A stretch of 48,298 nt of DNA from Clostridia bacterium (GCA_003552525.1 PUNF01000098.1:1-48298); one strand, 5' to 3'. Shown: positions 1 to 9,056, counted from the stretch's first letter. The notes: generated from the sequence alone by a model not told the origin. Made by a program: numbers and translations.

Positions 1-2
1 AA

Positions 3-128
3 GGCAGAGGCGCGCTGGTGGACCAGGCGGCACGAGATCTGGTCGAGAGGAAGGGTGTGCAGGTACTTGGGACGGTTGCCAAGATCCACTTTTCCAACAC
101 CGATCGCGTACTCGAGGAGGGTCCGTGA
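3..128 (+). CDS. 3' end of an unidentified CDS truncated by the window edge
   Basis: Open frame GRGALVDQAARDLVERKGVQVLGTVAKIHFSNTDRVLEEGP* whose TGA (126-128) overlaps the ATG of the WYL gene (TGATG). Confidence 0.6.
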   Translation, partial: GRGALVDQAARDLVERKGVQVLGTVAKIHFSNTDRVLEEGP

Positions 129-1096
129 TGAATCGCAACAGATTGTGGCGCTTGCTGAAGATACTGCGGCTGGCATCGGCTCCCGAGCCCTTGAACGCCG
201 AAGACATGGCCGGGTCGCTCGGGGTATCTCGCCGTACGTTCCACCGGGATCGGGAGGTCTTGGAAGATGCCGGGATCCCCATTATGTATGACGGAGAGGG
301 ATATCGCCTGGCGGGGAAGATTTTTCTTCCCGCCGTGCACCTGCAATGGGACGAAGGGTTGGCGCTGATGATTACTCTTCGTGCGGCCATGGACTCGGGT
401 GGGACCCCGTTTTCTGACTCGCTGCAGGATGCCCTCGAGAAGATCGAATCGGGAATTCCCCCCGGGGTGAAAGAAGAGATTGCCTCTGCAGGCGAGGAAA
501 TCAACATAGAGCAAAAGCCGATGGTGGACATGTCACAACATAATGACACGTTTCGTGCCTTGTGGGGTGCTTGCCGTGATCACGAGCTGATGCAGATCGG
601 CTACTGGGGACGGGATGACGAGGCTCCATCCCGACGAGAGGTAGAGCCCCTCGCAATATTTCACCGGTGGCGCGCATGGTACCTGGTTGCCCATTGCAGG
701 TTGCGGGACGAGTTACGCACGTTTCGCATCGACAGAATTACGGATTTATCTTTTCCCGGAGAATACTTTGTACCGCCCCGCGATTTTGATCTAGAGGAAT
801 ACCTAGCGCGCGCATGGCTGGTCGAGGGTGGCGAGCCCGTCGATGTAGAAATTGCCTTTTCGGGTGTCGCTGCCCGACTCGTCCGGGAGCTGTCCTGGCA
901 TCCCACACAGACGACGCGAAAAAGCCCAGATGGTCGTGTGATCGCGCACTTTCGTACCGGTGGGTTGCGAGAACTGGCCGAATGGGTTGTTGGCTTCGGT
1001 GGTGAGGCGGAGGCGCTGGCCCCGGCGGAGTTGCGAGAGATGGTGTTGGGTCTCGGCAGGGCGATCGTTGAAGTGCACGCGGATACCCGGGAATAA
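128..1096 (+). CDS. WYL-domain transcriptional regulator (wHTH-WYL-WCX, YafY/PafC-like)
   Basis: N-terminal HTH (LGVSRRTFHRD), WYL core (RREVEP...WYLVAHC...RTFRIDRI) and WCX-like tail (WVVGFGGEAEALAPAELRE). Confidence 0.92.
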   Translation: MNRNRLWRLLKILRLASAPEPLNAEDMAGSLGVSRRTFHRDREVLEDAGIPIMYDGEGYRLAGKIFLPAVHLQWDEGLALMITLRAAMDSGGTPFSDSLQDALEKIESGIPPGVKEEIASAGEEINIEQKPMVDMSQHNDTFRALWGACRDHELMQIGYWGRDDEAPSRREVEPLAIFHRWRAWYLVAHCRLRDELRTFRIDRITDLSFPGEYFVPPRDFDLEEYLARAWLVEGGEPVDVEIAFSGVAARLVRELSWHPTQTTRKSPDGRVIAHFRTGGLRELAEWVVGFGGEAEALAPAELREMVLGLGRAIVEVHADTRE

Positions 1097-1225
1097 CCCG
1101 GGCCATCCGGCGACTTGGACTTTCATCTGCCTGGTCATGGGTATATTGGGTAGCATTCCTTGCCATACAGCACCATCGGATATGTCGTTCCCGGTGAGGA
1201 CCCTTGCCCGGCTTTAAAAAGACGC

Positions 1226-1271
1226 AGGGACCGCTGCGAGTCAATCGGAAGCGTGACTTGCGGCGGTCCCT
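1226..1271. terminator. Hairpin between convergent genes, probable intrinsic terminator
   Basis: AGGGACCGCTGCGAGTCA / TGACTTGCGGCGGTCCCT inverted repeat, with an A-run at 1216-1220 (U-run on the minus strand). Confidence 0.7.
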
Positions 1272-1305
1272 ATTTGCCTAACGCGTTGGCAGTTCACAAA
1301 ATTCG

Positions 1306-1533
1306 TTAGGCGCTACTCTTTTCTTCTTCGTCGACACAGATGGCAAGATCGGGGCAATTCATCTCGCATAATTTGCATTCCGTACAGTCCTCGGGACGTA
1401 CAACGCTACATATGGTGAAGCCTTTACGGTTCATCGCATCACCGATCTCTAGGACATCCCTGGGACAATAGAATACGCAGAGGCCGCAGCCTTTGCAGAT
1501 CTCTCCGTCAATATGCACTGGCACTGGATTCAC
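1306..1533 (-). CDS. 2x[4Fe-4S] ferredoxin, probable delta subunit of the 2-oxoacid:ferredoxin oxidoreductase
   Basis: CKGCGLCVFYCP and CTECKLCEMNCP motifs; start overlaps the stop of the sucD-like gene. Confidence 0.9.
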   Translation of the reverse strand: MNPVPVHIDGEICKGCGLCVFYCPRDVLEIGDAMNRKGFTICSVVRPEDCTECKLCEMNCPDLAICVDEEEKSSA

Positions 1534-2402
1534 CCACCCCTCACTTTACGGATGATATCGACCATGTCTGCGGGAATACGTGCTGTATGCGCACCAGCCG
1601 CCTCGAGCGCCGCGATCTTCGCTTGTGCGGTCCCACGGTCGCCTTCAATGATTGCGCCGGCGTGCCCGAGGGACTTTCCTTCGGGTGCGGCCCGACCGAC
1701 GATCATGGCGACGACTGGCTTCGAAATGTTCTCGGCGATAAAAGCGGCGGCTTCCTCTTCCATGCTTCCGCCGATTTCGCCGAGCATCACGATGACATCA
1801 GTTTCGGGGTCTTCCTCGAACAGTTCCAAGACTTCCGTTTGCGAAAGGCCCCATATCGGACCTCCGCCCAAACCGACGACGGTAGACTGTCCTATACCGG
1901 CCTCGGTGAGAGATTTTCCAACCTCGTAAGACAGTGCACCACTCTTGGATACCATGCCGACTTTGCCTTCGGTGAACATGCGCGTGGGATGTGCACCCAT
2001 TTTGCACTTGCCGGGGGCGATGAGCCCTGGCGTTCCCGGCCCGACTATACGGGCGCCGCGTGCACGGGCCACGCCGATGAGGCTTACAACATCGTGATCA
2101 GGTATCTCCTCGGTGGTGAGCACCAGAAGCTTGATTCCGCTGTCGAATGTTTCGATGGCGGCATCCTTGGCGAAAGGTGCCGGGACGAAACTAATGACCG
2201 CGTCAACCTCGTGCTCCTCAAGTGCATCCTCGATGAGATCGTAAACGGGTACGCCGTGTACCGATTCACCCGCTTTTCCGGGTGTGACGCCGGCGACGAC
2301 CTTGGTGCCGGCCTCGAGCATGACCTTAGTCTGCAAAGACCCGGAACGGCCGGTAATACCTTGAACGAGGACCTTGGTGTTTTCGTTTACCAGAATGGAC
2401 AT
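1530..2402 (-). CDS. sucD: Succinyl-CoA synthetase alpha-like subunit (ADP-forming acyl-CoA ligase)
   Basis: MSILVNENTKVLVQGITG CoA-binding fold, SKSGALSYE, and phospho-His motif LGHAGA. Confidence 0.88.
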   Translation of the reverse strand: MSILVNENTKVLVQGITGRSGSLQTKVMLEAGTKVVAGVTPGKAGESVHGVPVYDLIEDALEEHEVDAVISFVPAPFAKDAAIETFDSGIKLLVLTTEEIPDHDVVSLIGVARARGARIVGPGTPGLIAPGKCKMGAHPTRMFTEGKVGMVSKSGALSYEVGKSLTEAGIGQSTVVGLGGGPIWGLSQTEVLELFEEDPETDVIVMLGEIGGSMEEEAAAFIAENISKPVVAMIVGRAAPEGKSLGHAGAIIEGDRGTAQAKIAALEAAGAHTARIPADMVDIIRKVRGG

Positions 2403-3532
2403 CAGCTATCACCCTTTGCCAGACGAACCGCTTCCTCGACGGCACCGGGCAGGTCATCGAACGTATCGAGACCGGCTTCATGCATCATTTCCTTGCCGAC
2501 CTCTTCTAAAGTGCCGACCATGCGCACGACCAGGGGTACGTCTATACCGTGATCTTCGCGATATTTGAGGATGCCTTCGGCCATCTCATCCATGCGATTG
2601 AAGCCACCGATAAGTACAATGAGGAGTGCTTTTACCTTCGGCTGACGGGCCATCACGGAGCCGATAGCATCGTAAATGACCTGGGGATTGGTGAATCCCC
2701 CCATCTCACAGAAGGTTGCGGCTTCTCCACCGGCATCGCGGATCAGGTCGAGGGTCAACATCCCGGTTCCGGCTCCGTCGGAGATCATTCCGAGGTCTCC
2801 GTCGAGATCGACGAAGGTGGTGGTATCCTCCTTCTCGAGGCTCTCGCTCTGCCCGGTTAGGGCGTTCTGCTCCTCGAGCAGTGCACTAAATACGTCTTTC
2901 CTGCGATACGCTGCCTTTTCGTCCAGCAGAACCTTCGAATCGAGGGCGAGAAGGCCATCCGCAGTCTGCGCCAAGGGATTGATCTCTACGAGGGTGGCGT
3001 CCGTCTCGGCGAAGACGCGATACATTCTGGCGACCAGATCGGACAACTGCCTGGGCTTGGCAATCCCGAGGCTTCGAGCCGCGCGACGGACCTGGTAGTC
3101 CAGCGGTCCCAGGAGGGGATCGAATACCTGGGTGAGAATGGCCTCGGGATTCTCGCGAGCCACCTCTTCGATGTCGACGCCGCCGGACGCACTGGCAATC
3201 AGCAGCGGGAGTGCCCGGCCTCCATCGTGGGTCAGGGCGAGGTAGTATTCGTTGGTGAATGCGACCTTTTCCTCCATCAGGACAGCGGCGACTTGCTCGT
3301 CACCAATTGTCTTCTGAAAGAGATCCTCGACTGCGAGGTTGGCCTCTTCATTGTCGTCTACGACGCGAATACCGCCCGCTTTGCCCCGTCCCCCGACGAG
3401 GACCTGGGATTTCAGGACTCCCGGAGCATCGAAGGGCATTGCATCGGTCGGTGATCTCAAGAGACCGGATTTTGGCACGGGAATCCCGTATTCCGCAAAG
3501 AGCCTCTTTCCCTGAAACTCGTATAGCTTCAT
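2402..3532 (-). CDS. sucC: Succinyl-CoA synthetase beta-like subunit (ATP-grasp)
   Basis: MKLYEFQGK start, KSQVLVGGRGKAGG, GGVDIEE, VEINPL, and GAG-containing C-domain; substrate motifs diverge (see findings). Confidence 0.85.
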   Translation of the reverse strand: MKLYEFQGKRLFAEYGIPVPKSGLLRSPTDAMPFDAPGVLKSQVLVGGRGKAGGIRVVDDNEEANLAVEDLFQKTIGDEQVAAVLMEEKVAFTNEYYLALTHDGGRALPLLIASASGGVDIEEVARENPEAILTQVFDPLLGPLDYQVRRAARSLGIAKPRQLSDLVARMYRVFAETDATLVEINPLAQTADGLLALDSKVLLDEKAAYRRKDVFSALLEEQNALTGQSESLEKEDTTTFVDLDGDLGMISDGAGTGMLTLDLIRDAGGEAATFCEMGGFTNPQVIYDAIGSVMARQPKVKALLIVLIGGFNRMDEMAEGILKYREDHGIDVPLVVRMVGTLEEVGKEMMHEAGLDTFDDLPGAVEEAVRLAKGDS

Positions 3533-4083
3533 TCGATGACCTCCAGGTTAATGCCCTCGGCCAGTTCGATACCGGCCTCGATGGCGCGGGTGTTGATGTC
3601 GATGAATTGCGGCTTCACCAGATCCTGCACCGCAGAAAGCAATTCGTCCTTGGTGAGGATTCCCGTGGCTTGCTGCACGAACCCGAGCAATACCATGTTC
3701 GCAGCGATCCGGTTTCCGAGGTCAACGGCGGTCTGTGTCGCGGGAACCTCGATCACCTGCCCATCGACTTCGGGGATCTCCTTTACCAGTGTGGGGTCCA
3801 CGATCAGAATGCCGCCCTGCTTCAGGTCGCTTACGTAGCGATCGAGGGCGCTCTGTGACATTGCCACAAGGACATCTTTCTCGTCGGAGTGGGGGGAGCG
3901 AACTTCTTCGTCGGCGACGATGAGTTCCGCCTGACACTGCCCGCCCCGGGCTTCTGATCCGTAAGATTGTGTTTGCACGGCGTAATAGCCCTTCTTTGTC
4001 ACTAGGGCTGTTCCAAGGGTAATCGCGGAGAGGATGATTCCCTGTCCCCCGAATCCGCAGAACCGAATCTTAAGAGGTTTCAT
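3529..4083 (-). CDS. 2-oxoacid:ferredoxin oxidoreductase gamma subunit
   Basis: GFGGQG, QSYGSEARGG, ANMVLLG; start could also be 4086 or 4101. Confidence 0.92.
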   Translation of the reverse strand: MKPLKIRFCGFGGQGIILSAITLGTALVTKKGYYAVQTQSYGSEARGGQCQAELIVADEEVRSPHSDEKDVLVAMSQSALDRYVSDLKQGGILIVDPTLVKEIPEVDGQVIEVPATQTAVDLGNRIAANMVLLGFVQQATGILTKDELLSAVQDLVKPQFIDINTRAIEAGIELAEGINLEVIE

Positions 4084-4900
4084 CATTATCACCCGATTCA
4101 TAGATGGTGCTACCGTAGAAGACCGGGCGCTGGGTGTTCACGAACTCACCGACGACGAGACCTTCCGACATCTCCTCGGGGTCCATCTTGTCCGCACGCG
4201 TCTTCGGTATCGCGGCGCTCTTGATCCAGTCGACAACCTTGGTGGGGTCTCCCGTGCCGAGTGCATAGCGACCGAAGTGTGTGGGGCATCCGGTGATGAT
4301 CTCGACAACAGAGAAACCGGTGTGCTGCATGGCCGTCTTGATGGCGCGTATGGCTTGCATTGCGTGGGCCGTGGTCCAGCGGCTCACATAGGTTGCCCCG
4401 GAGGTCTCGGCCATCTTGCACAGATCGAACGGAGGTTCGCTGCTGCCGTAGGGTGTGGTCATGGTCGTCGCGGCGAGCGGGGTGGTCGGCGCTACCTGGC
4501 CACCGGTCATGGCAAAGTTTAGGTTGTTCACGACGATGCACGTAACGTCGATGTTTCGACGCGCGGCGTGGATGAAGTGGTTTCCACCGATGGATAGGGC
4601 ATCCCCGTCACCGGCGAAAACGACGACGGGCATATCGGGACGCGTCATCTTGATCCCGGTGGCCCATGGCAACGTTCTCCCGTGGATGCCGTGGAGTGCG
4701 TCGGTATCGAGGAATACCGGGATACGCGCGGCGCAGCCGACGCCGCCGATACAGGTCATATCTTGAGGCTTTACGTCTAACTCGTGGCATGCCCGGAGGA
4801 AGTAGTTCAGTACCTGGCCACATCCACAACCGGGACAGAACATGTGTGGCAGACTATCGGGACGGGTGTTCTCCCTTCGGGGATAGAGCTTGGGGCTCAT
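4070..4900 (-). CDS. 2-oxoacid:ferredoxin oxidoreductase beta subunit (TPP binding)
   Basis: FCPGCG, HGR, GDGD, MTGGQ, GCPT; ATG at 4900 overlaps the alpha stop (ATGA). Confidence 0.93.
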   Translation of the reverse strand: MSPKLYPRRENTRPDSLPHMFCPGCGCGQVLNYFLRACHELDVKPQDMTCIGGVGCAARIPVFLDTDALHGIHGRTLPWATGIKMTRPDMPVVVFAGDGDALSIGGNHFIHAARRNIDVTCIVVNNLNFAMTGGQVAPTTPLAATTMTTPYGSSEPPFDLCKMAETSGATYVSRWTTAHAMQAIRAIKTAMQHTGFSVVEIITGCPTHFGRYALGTGDPTKVVDWIKSAAIPKTRADKMDPEEMSEGLVVGEFVNTQRPVFYGSTIYESGDNDETS

Positions 4901-6054
4901 TTCCAGACCTCCTTGATGGAGCGGTATATCTCTTCGGGAGAGTGGATGATACCCCGGTTCTTTGTGCAACGGTGTACGGGCACGCGACCGGCAACGACTC
5001 TCTCGATTTCGTTGGCATACTTGCCGATGTTCATCTCTACCGAGATCACTTCCTTGGCCTTTGCGGTGGCTTTCTTGATCTGCTCCTCGGGCACCGGCCA
5101 TACGGCGTCTAGCTTGAGAAGACCCGCCGCGATACCCTCATCACGGGCCATCTGCACGGCATCTAATGCCGGACGAACCTCGCTGCCGTATGCGATTAGC
5201 ACGATGTCCGCATCATCGACCGCGAAGGAGCGGGGCTGGCAAATGACGTCACGGTTCTTGGCAATCTTACCCGTGAGGCGGTCATACATACGTTCGTAAA
5301 CATCTGGATCCCAGTCGATGCTTCCTTCTTCGTCGTGTGGATTAATGGAATAGATCGTGCCATATCCCTCGCCCAGTGGTGCGAAATCAGGCACCCCATA
5401 TTCGGGGGCAGCGAAAGGCTTGTACTCGTCCGGCGACAAGTCCGTGTACTTTCGGTTTACGATCTCGATCTCTTCAGCGGTGGGGATATCCAAGCGCTCT
5501 CGCATCAAGGCGATGGTCGTTTCGGATGCGACGATGACTGGCGTGCGGTACTCCTCGGCCAGATTAAAGGCACGGACAGTGTACTCGAAGAGTTCCTGAA
5601 TGGATGATGGAGCGAGCACGATGATCTCGTAGTCTCCATCGGTGCCCCAACGCATCTGCATGACGTCGGCTTGCGTTGCGAAGTTTTCTCCGCGACAGCG
5701 CTGCACATCGACGATCACGCAGGGTGCCTCTACCGCAACGGCATATCCGATACCTTCCTGGAAGTGGTTGTAGCCGGCACTGGCAGTGGCAGTCATTGCT
5801 TTCGCTCCAGCGATAGATGCTCCTGTTACTGCGTAAATCGAGAACAGCTCATCTTCACCCTGGATGAATGTTCCCCCGACTTCGGGCAGTCTTTGCGACA
5901 TGCGCTCCGAGATCTCGTTGGCGGGGGTGATGGGATACCCGGCGAAGAAGTCGCATCCGGCCGCTAGAGCCCCTTCTGATGTTGCATAATTGCCCAACAT
6001 GAAGTGGACCCCAGTCAGGACCCGACTCTGGGGATTGCTCCCGTCTGATGCCAT
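4897..6054 (-). CDS. 2-oxoacid:ferredoxin oxidoreductase alpha subunit
   Basis: GN..SEGA, AGYPITP, EDE and C-terminal VEMN.G motifs; RBS AAAGGAG upstream. Confidence 0.93.
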   Translation of the reverse strand: MASDGSNPQSRVLTGVHFMLGNYATSEGALAAGCDFFAGYPITPANEISERMSQRLPEVGGTFIQGEDELFSIYAVTGASIAGAKAMTATASAGYNHFQEGIGYAVAVEAPCVIVDVQRCRGENFATQADVMQMRWGTDGDYEIIVLAPSSIQELFEYTVRAFNLAEEYRTPVIVASETTIALMRERLDIPTAEEIEIVNRKYTDLSPDEYKPFAAPEYGVPDFAPLGEGYGTIYSINPHDEEGSIDWDPDVYERMYDRLTGKIAKNRDVICQPRSFAVDDADIVLIAYGSEVRPALDAVQMARDEGIAAGLLKLDAVWPVPEEQIKKATAKAKEVISVEMNIGKYANEIERVVAGRVPVHRCTKNRGIIHSPEEIYRSIKEVWK

Positions 6055-6222
6055 GGGGTATTGCTCCTTTCCTATCAGGCATCTCGGTGCAAGATGGGAC
6101 CGTGGGGACGATACAAATGTGTGTACATCCCAAGTCGACTTGCGCCGATCCGCCTATGTCGTGCGGCTTGGTGATTTTACTACCCCGGGATGGGGCAGCC
6201 GACCATATGTATACCACCCTTA

Positions 6223-6251
6223 ATAATGAAGAGACGGGACAATCGCGTCAA
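6223..6251 (-). promoter_or_regulatory. Sigma-A-like promoter of the OFOR-sucCD operon
   Basis: Minus strand TTGACG-N17-CATTAT. Confidence 0.55.
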
Positions 6252-6716
6252 CCCTTGGAGCCGCAGCACATGGCACGATGGATCCAGACCGTATTGGGGT
6301 GTCCTGGGTTCGCTCTAATTGGTTGCCGTGGGAGTCGCGGGCAGATTCCGAATAGGGAAAATAATCTATCGAGAGTCCTCTCACCAGGGGTGTAAACGAA
6401 CGGGCTCGGGGTGGGTCGAATCGACGTCTCGGCTTTGCGTACAAGAGTATAGTGGCCCGTGGATATGGGTATCGGCCACGGGCAGCAGCAAGGGGCGGAC
6501 TCTCGTGAATGGGCCGCCCCGAAATGACGATTCCTGGGTGAGCAACTTCGAACGGTACTAGGGAGTGATGGCGGAGATATCCCGGGTTCACGGTTGGATT
6601 TCGAGTTCTCGAGGTGATCTCGCGCGACTTCATGCGACAGGCCCTGGGGTGTTCTGTTATTAGTGCTACACAGTCAGGCAGAGCCTGTCGCGAAGCATGT
6701 CACGGGTTTTCATGCG

Positions 6717-7478
6717 CTAGCGCAAGGAAGTTATCATCTTCCGAATCATCTCGTGCCGGAAATCCGGGATATCAAACTCGTGGATTAGGAGGTCCAGGAT
6801 GCCCTCCGTTTCCGCAGCGGAGGCGACCAACCCTTTCAAGCGACCACCGAAATTCTCCAACCATTCGCGTTGGTCGGTGATGGCCTCGGGCCCGGCCGGC
6901 TTTCCATGCCCGGGCAGTACATGTTTTACGGCGAGCTGTTCGAGTGTACGCAAGCTTTCGATCCATTGGTCGAGGTCCGCATCTCCCATGAAGGGAAAGC
7001 GACCTTGGAACACGAGATCACTGGTAAAAAGCACTTCTCGCTCGGGAATATAGATGACGCACATACCGGGCGCGTGTCCGCCGATCTCACGGATCTCGAC
7101 TGTCTTCTCTGCCAGGTGGATCCGCATATGGCCATCGAATGTAAGATTTGGAAGTGGCAATGGTGCCTTGGAGGGGGCGAGTTTTTCCCACATCGCGGGC
7201 AGCTCTTGTGCCATCAACTTTCGTGTCGTGGTGCTGGAAATAATGGGGGAAGAGAACGCTGCGTTCCCGAAAGTATGGTCCGGATGGTGGTGGCTATTGA
7301 TGGTCAGGTAGATTGGTTTTGCGGTGCGCGCTGAGATGTGCGCCTGGAGCAGCTCACCGTCGCCGGGACCACGCATCGTATCTACGACGATGGTGCCCCG
7401 CTCCGTCGTGATGAATACGGAGTTTACGGTCTCTTTCGCATCCGAAACGATATATACGTCCTGGAGGACCTGCAACAC
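6717..7478 (-). CDS. MBL-fold metallo-hydrolase (cyclase/glyoxalase II-like)
   Basis: SHHHPDHTFGN (HxHxDH), GHAPG, SDL, PGHG. Confidence 0.9.
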   Translation of the reverse strand: MLQVLQDVYIVSDAKETVNSVFITTERGTIVVDTMRGPGDGELLQAHISARTAKPIYLTINSHHHPDHTFGNAAFSSPIISSTTTRKLMAQELPAMWEKLAPSKAPLPLPNLTFDGHMRIHLAEKTVEIREIGGHAPGMCVIYIPEREVLFTSDLVFQGRFPFMGDADLDQWIESLRTLEQLAVKHVLPGHGKPAGPEAITDQREWLENFGGRLKGLVASAAETEGILDLLIHEFDIPDFRHEMIRKMITSLR

Positions 7479-7707
7479 TTATCCTCTCCTTCCTGGTAAA
7501 ACAGCCCGGGGAAAGCGGGCACTCTGTCGTATTCGGCAATACCATGTGAATCCCTTCGTGAGCCATAGCGGTTCCTGAAGAGGGGTGAGCCGGGATGGCG
7601 TATAATACCCGAATGCGAGGAGAAACTAATATGGGATGTGGGCTCCGTACGCTTCGTGTAGACGCCTTTCCCGTTTCGGAAGGGGATCCTCGATGGATGA
7701 CAGGGGT

Positions 7708-8718
7708 ATGCGCAAGTTCAAAGCCGTATTCGTTCTCGCCGTGGTGTTGGCGCTGGTCTCGTGTACCTGGCCGGCTGCCGATCCGTCGGACCAGCGAGTC
7801 GAGGACCGGTTGACCCCGGAGGAGCCGGTGGACGAACCCGCTGAGAACGCCACTGCAGATGATTGCAGCCCGGAGGATCACGCGTCCGTCGCGAACGAGG
7901 AGCTCCCGGCGCTCGAGATCGAGATGGAAGTTTGGCCGGAACGAATCGCGCGAGGAGAATACGCGATTGTCAGGCTTGGCGATGTTCCCTCGGAAGGGGA
8001 GACTCGCGTGCGATTTGCCGGCACGTGGTGGGATACCCATTGCTGGGAGGACGAGGCCCGGATTGTCGTCGTACCCGCTAGCTACCACATGGAACCCGGG
8101 ATGCACTTGGTGGAGGCAAGAACGCGTGGGCTTGATCAGAAGGGAGTCGCGTATGCCTGGGTTCACGTGCTCGAAGGAGAATTTGAAACCCAGCATCTTA
8201 CGGTCGATGCAGAGCTCCGATCGAAACGCAGTCCGGACTTGTGGCGGGAGGATCGGGTGCACTTTGCCCGTGCGCGCGGCACAACGCATCCAATTCCCCT
8301 ATGGGAACATGGTGCGTTCTATACTCCCCTCGAAGGTCGTCTCACGTCTTCCTTCGGACTCCTTCGCTACATCAACGAGGAGCCAGCCGGTCGCCACTCG
8401 GGCATCGACATCGCAGCTCCCCAGGGCACACCCATTGTTGCTGCGGCCGACGGAGTGGTGTCACTGGCGATGTCACTGCACGTCACGGGGGAGACCATCG
8501 TCATTGATCATGGGCTGAACCTGTTTGGCTGCTACTATCACCTGAGTGAACTATGGGTAGAGGAGGGAGATACCATACGCGCGGGTGAGACCATCGGCTT
8601 GGTCGGTTCCACCGGTTTCTCCACCGGTCCCCACTTGCACTACACGGCTAGCATTGGCGACATTCCCGTCGATCCGCAGCTATGGTTTGATGGTGATCCC
8701 CTCCGTTTTCTTCCCTAA
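7708..8718 (+). CDS. M23-family metallopeptidase, probable lipoprotein
   Basis: Signal peptide with lipobox-like LVSC; HSGID and STGPHLH zinc motifs; TATAAT at 7601-7606 upstream. Confidence 0.9.
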   Translation: MRKFKAVFVLAVVLALVSCTWPAADPSDQRVEDRLTPEEPVDEPAENATADDCSPEDHASVANEELPALEIEMEVWPERIARGEYAIVRLGDVPSEGETRVRFAGTWWDTHCWEDEARIVVVPASYHMEPGMHLVEARTRGLDQKGVAYAWVHVLEGEFETQHLTVDAELRSKRSPDLWREDRVHFARARGTTHPIPLWEHGAFYTPLEGRLTSSFGLLRYINEEPAGRHSGIDIAAPQGTPIVAAADGVVSLAMSLHVTGETIVIDHGLNLFGCYYHLSELWVEEGDTIRAGETIGLVGSTGFSTGPHLHYTASIGDIPVDPQLWFDGDPLRFLP

Positions 8719-8827
8719 CGCCGCTGCGTGGTATTTCCGGTGTGCTCTCCAGTGGAGATCGTGGAGATCGGAAACCATTGGTGCGCCCAACGCGCGGACA
8801 GTCACATATCCCGCCGATCCCCGCATT

Positions 8828-8878
8828 CATTGGTGCAGAAGATCTATGTCCAACATTGGTGCAGAGACCTATGTCCAA
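8828..8878. repeat. Imperfect tandem repeat, two units of 26 and 25 bp, with a partial third copy at 8776
   Basis: CATTGGTGCAGAAGATCTATGTCCAA followed directly by CATTGGTGCAGAGACCTATGTCCAA. Confidence 0.85.
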
Positions 8879-9056
8879 ATGGAAACGGCCGCAACCCGTG
8901 AAAGCTGCGGCCATGCTATGCATACACGATCTCGCCAGTCGCGCTTCCTTTCGTGTGGCGGATGCCTCCGAACCGATCAGAGCCCCCGAAGCCAGCGAAA
9001 TCGCTGGGGGATCGAGGGAGTGAGGGGGCTCCGAATCCTCGTGTATGACCCGACCC

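Noticed and set aside
4901-5101. N-terminal extension of the OFOR beta ORF
   Set aside because: It lies inside the alpha gene; the ATGA-coupled start at 4900 with an upstream GGAGG is better.
6271-6286. Possible sigma-54 promoter (TGGCAC)
   Set aside because: No TTGC at the -12 position and no gene downstream on that strand.
8730-8890. Possible degenerate CRISPR array (segments ending GGAAAC, repeated CATTGGTGC)
   Set aside because: The repeat units are directly adjacent with no unique spacers, there are only two full copies, and no cas genes are in the window.
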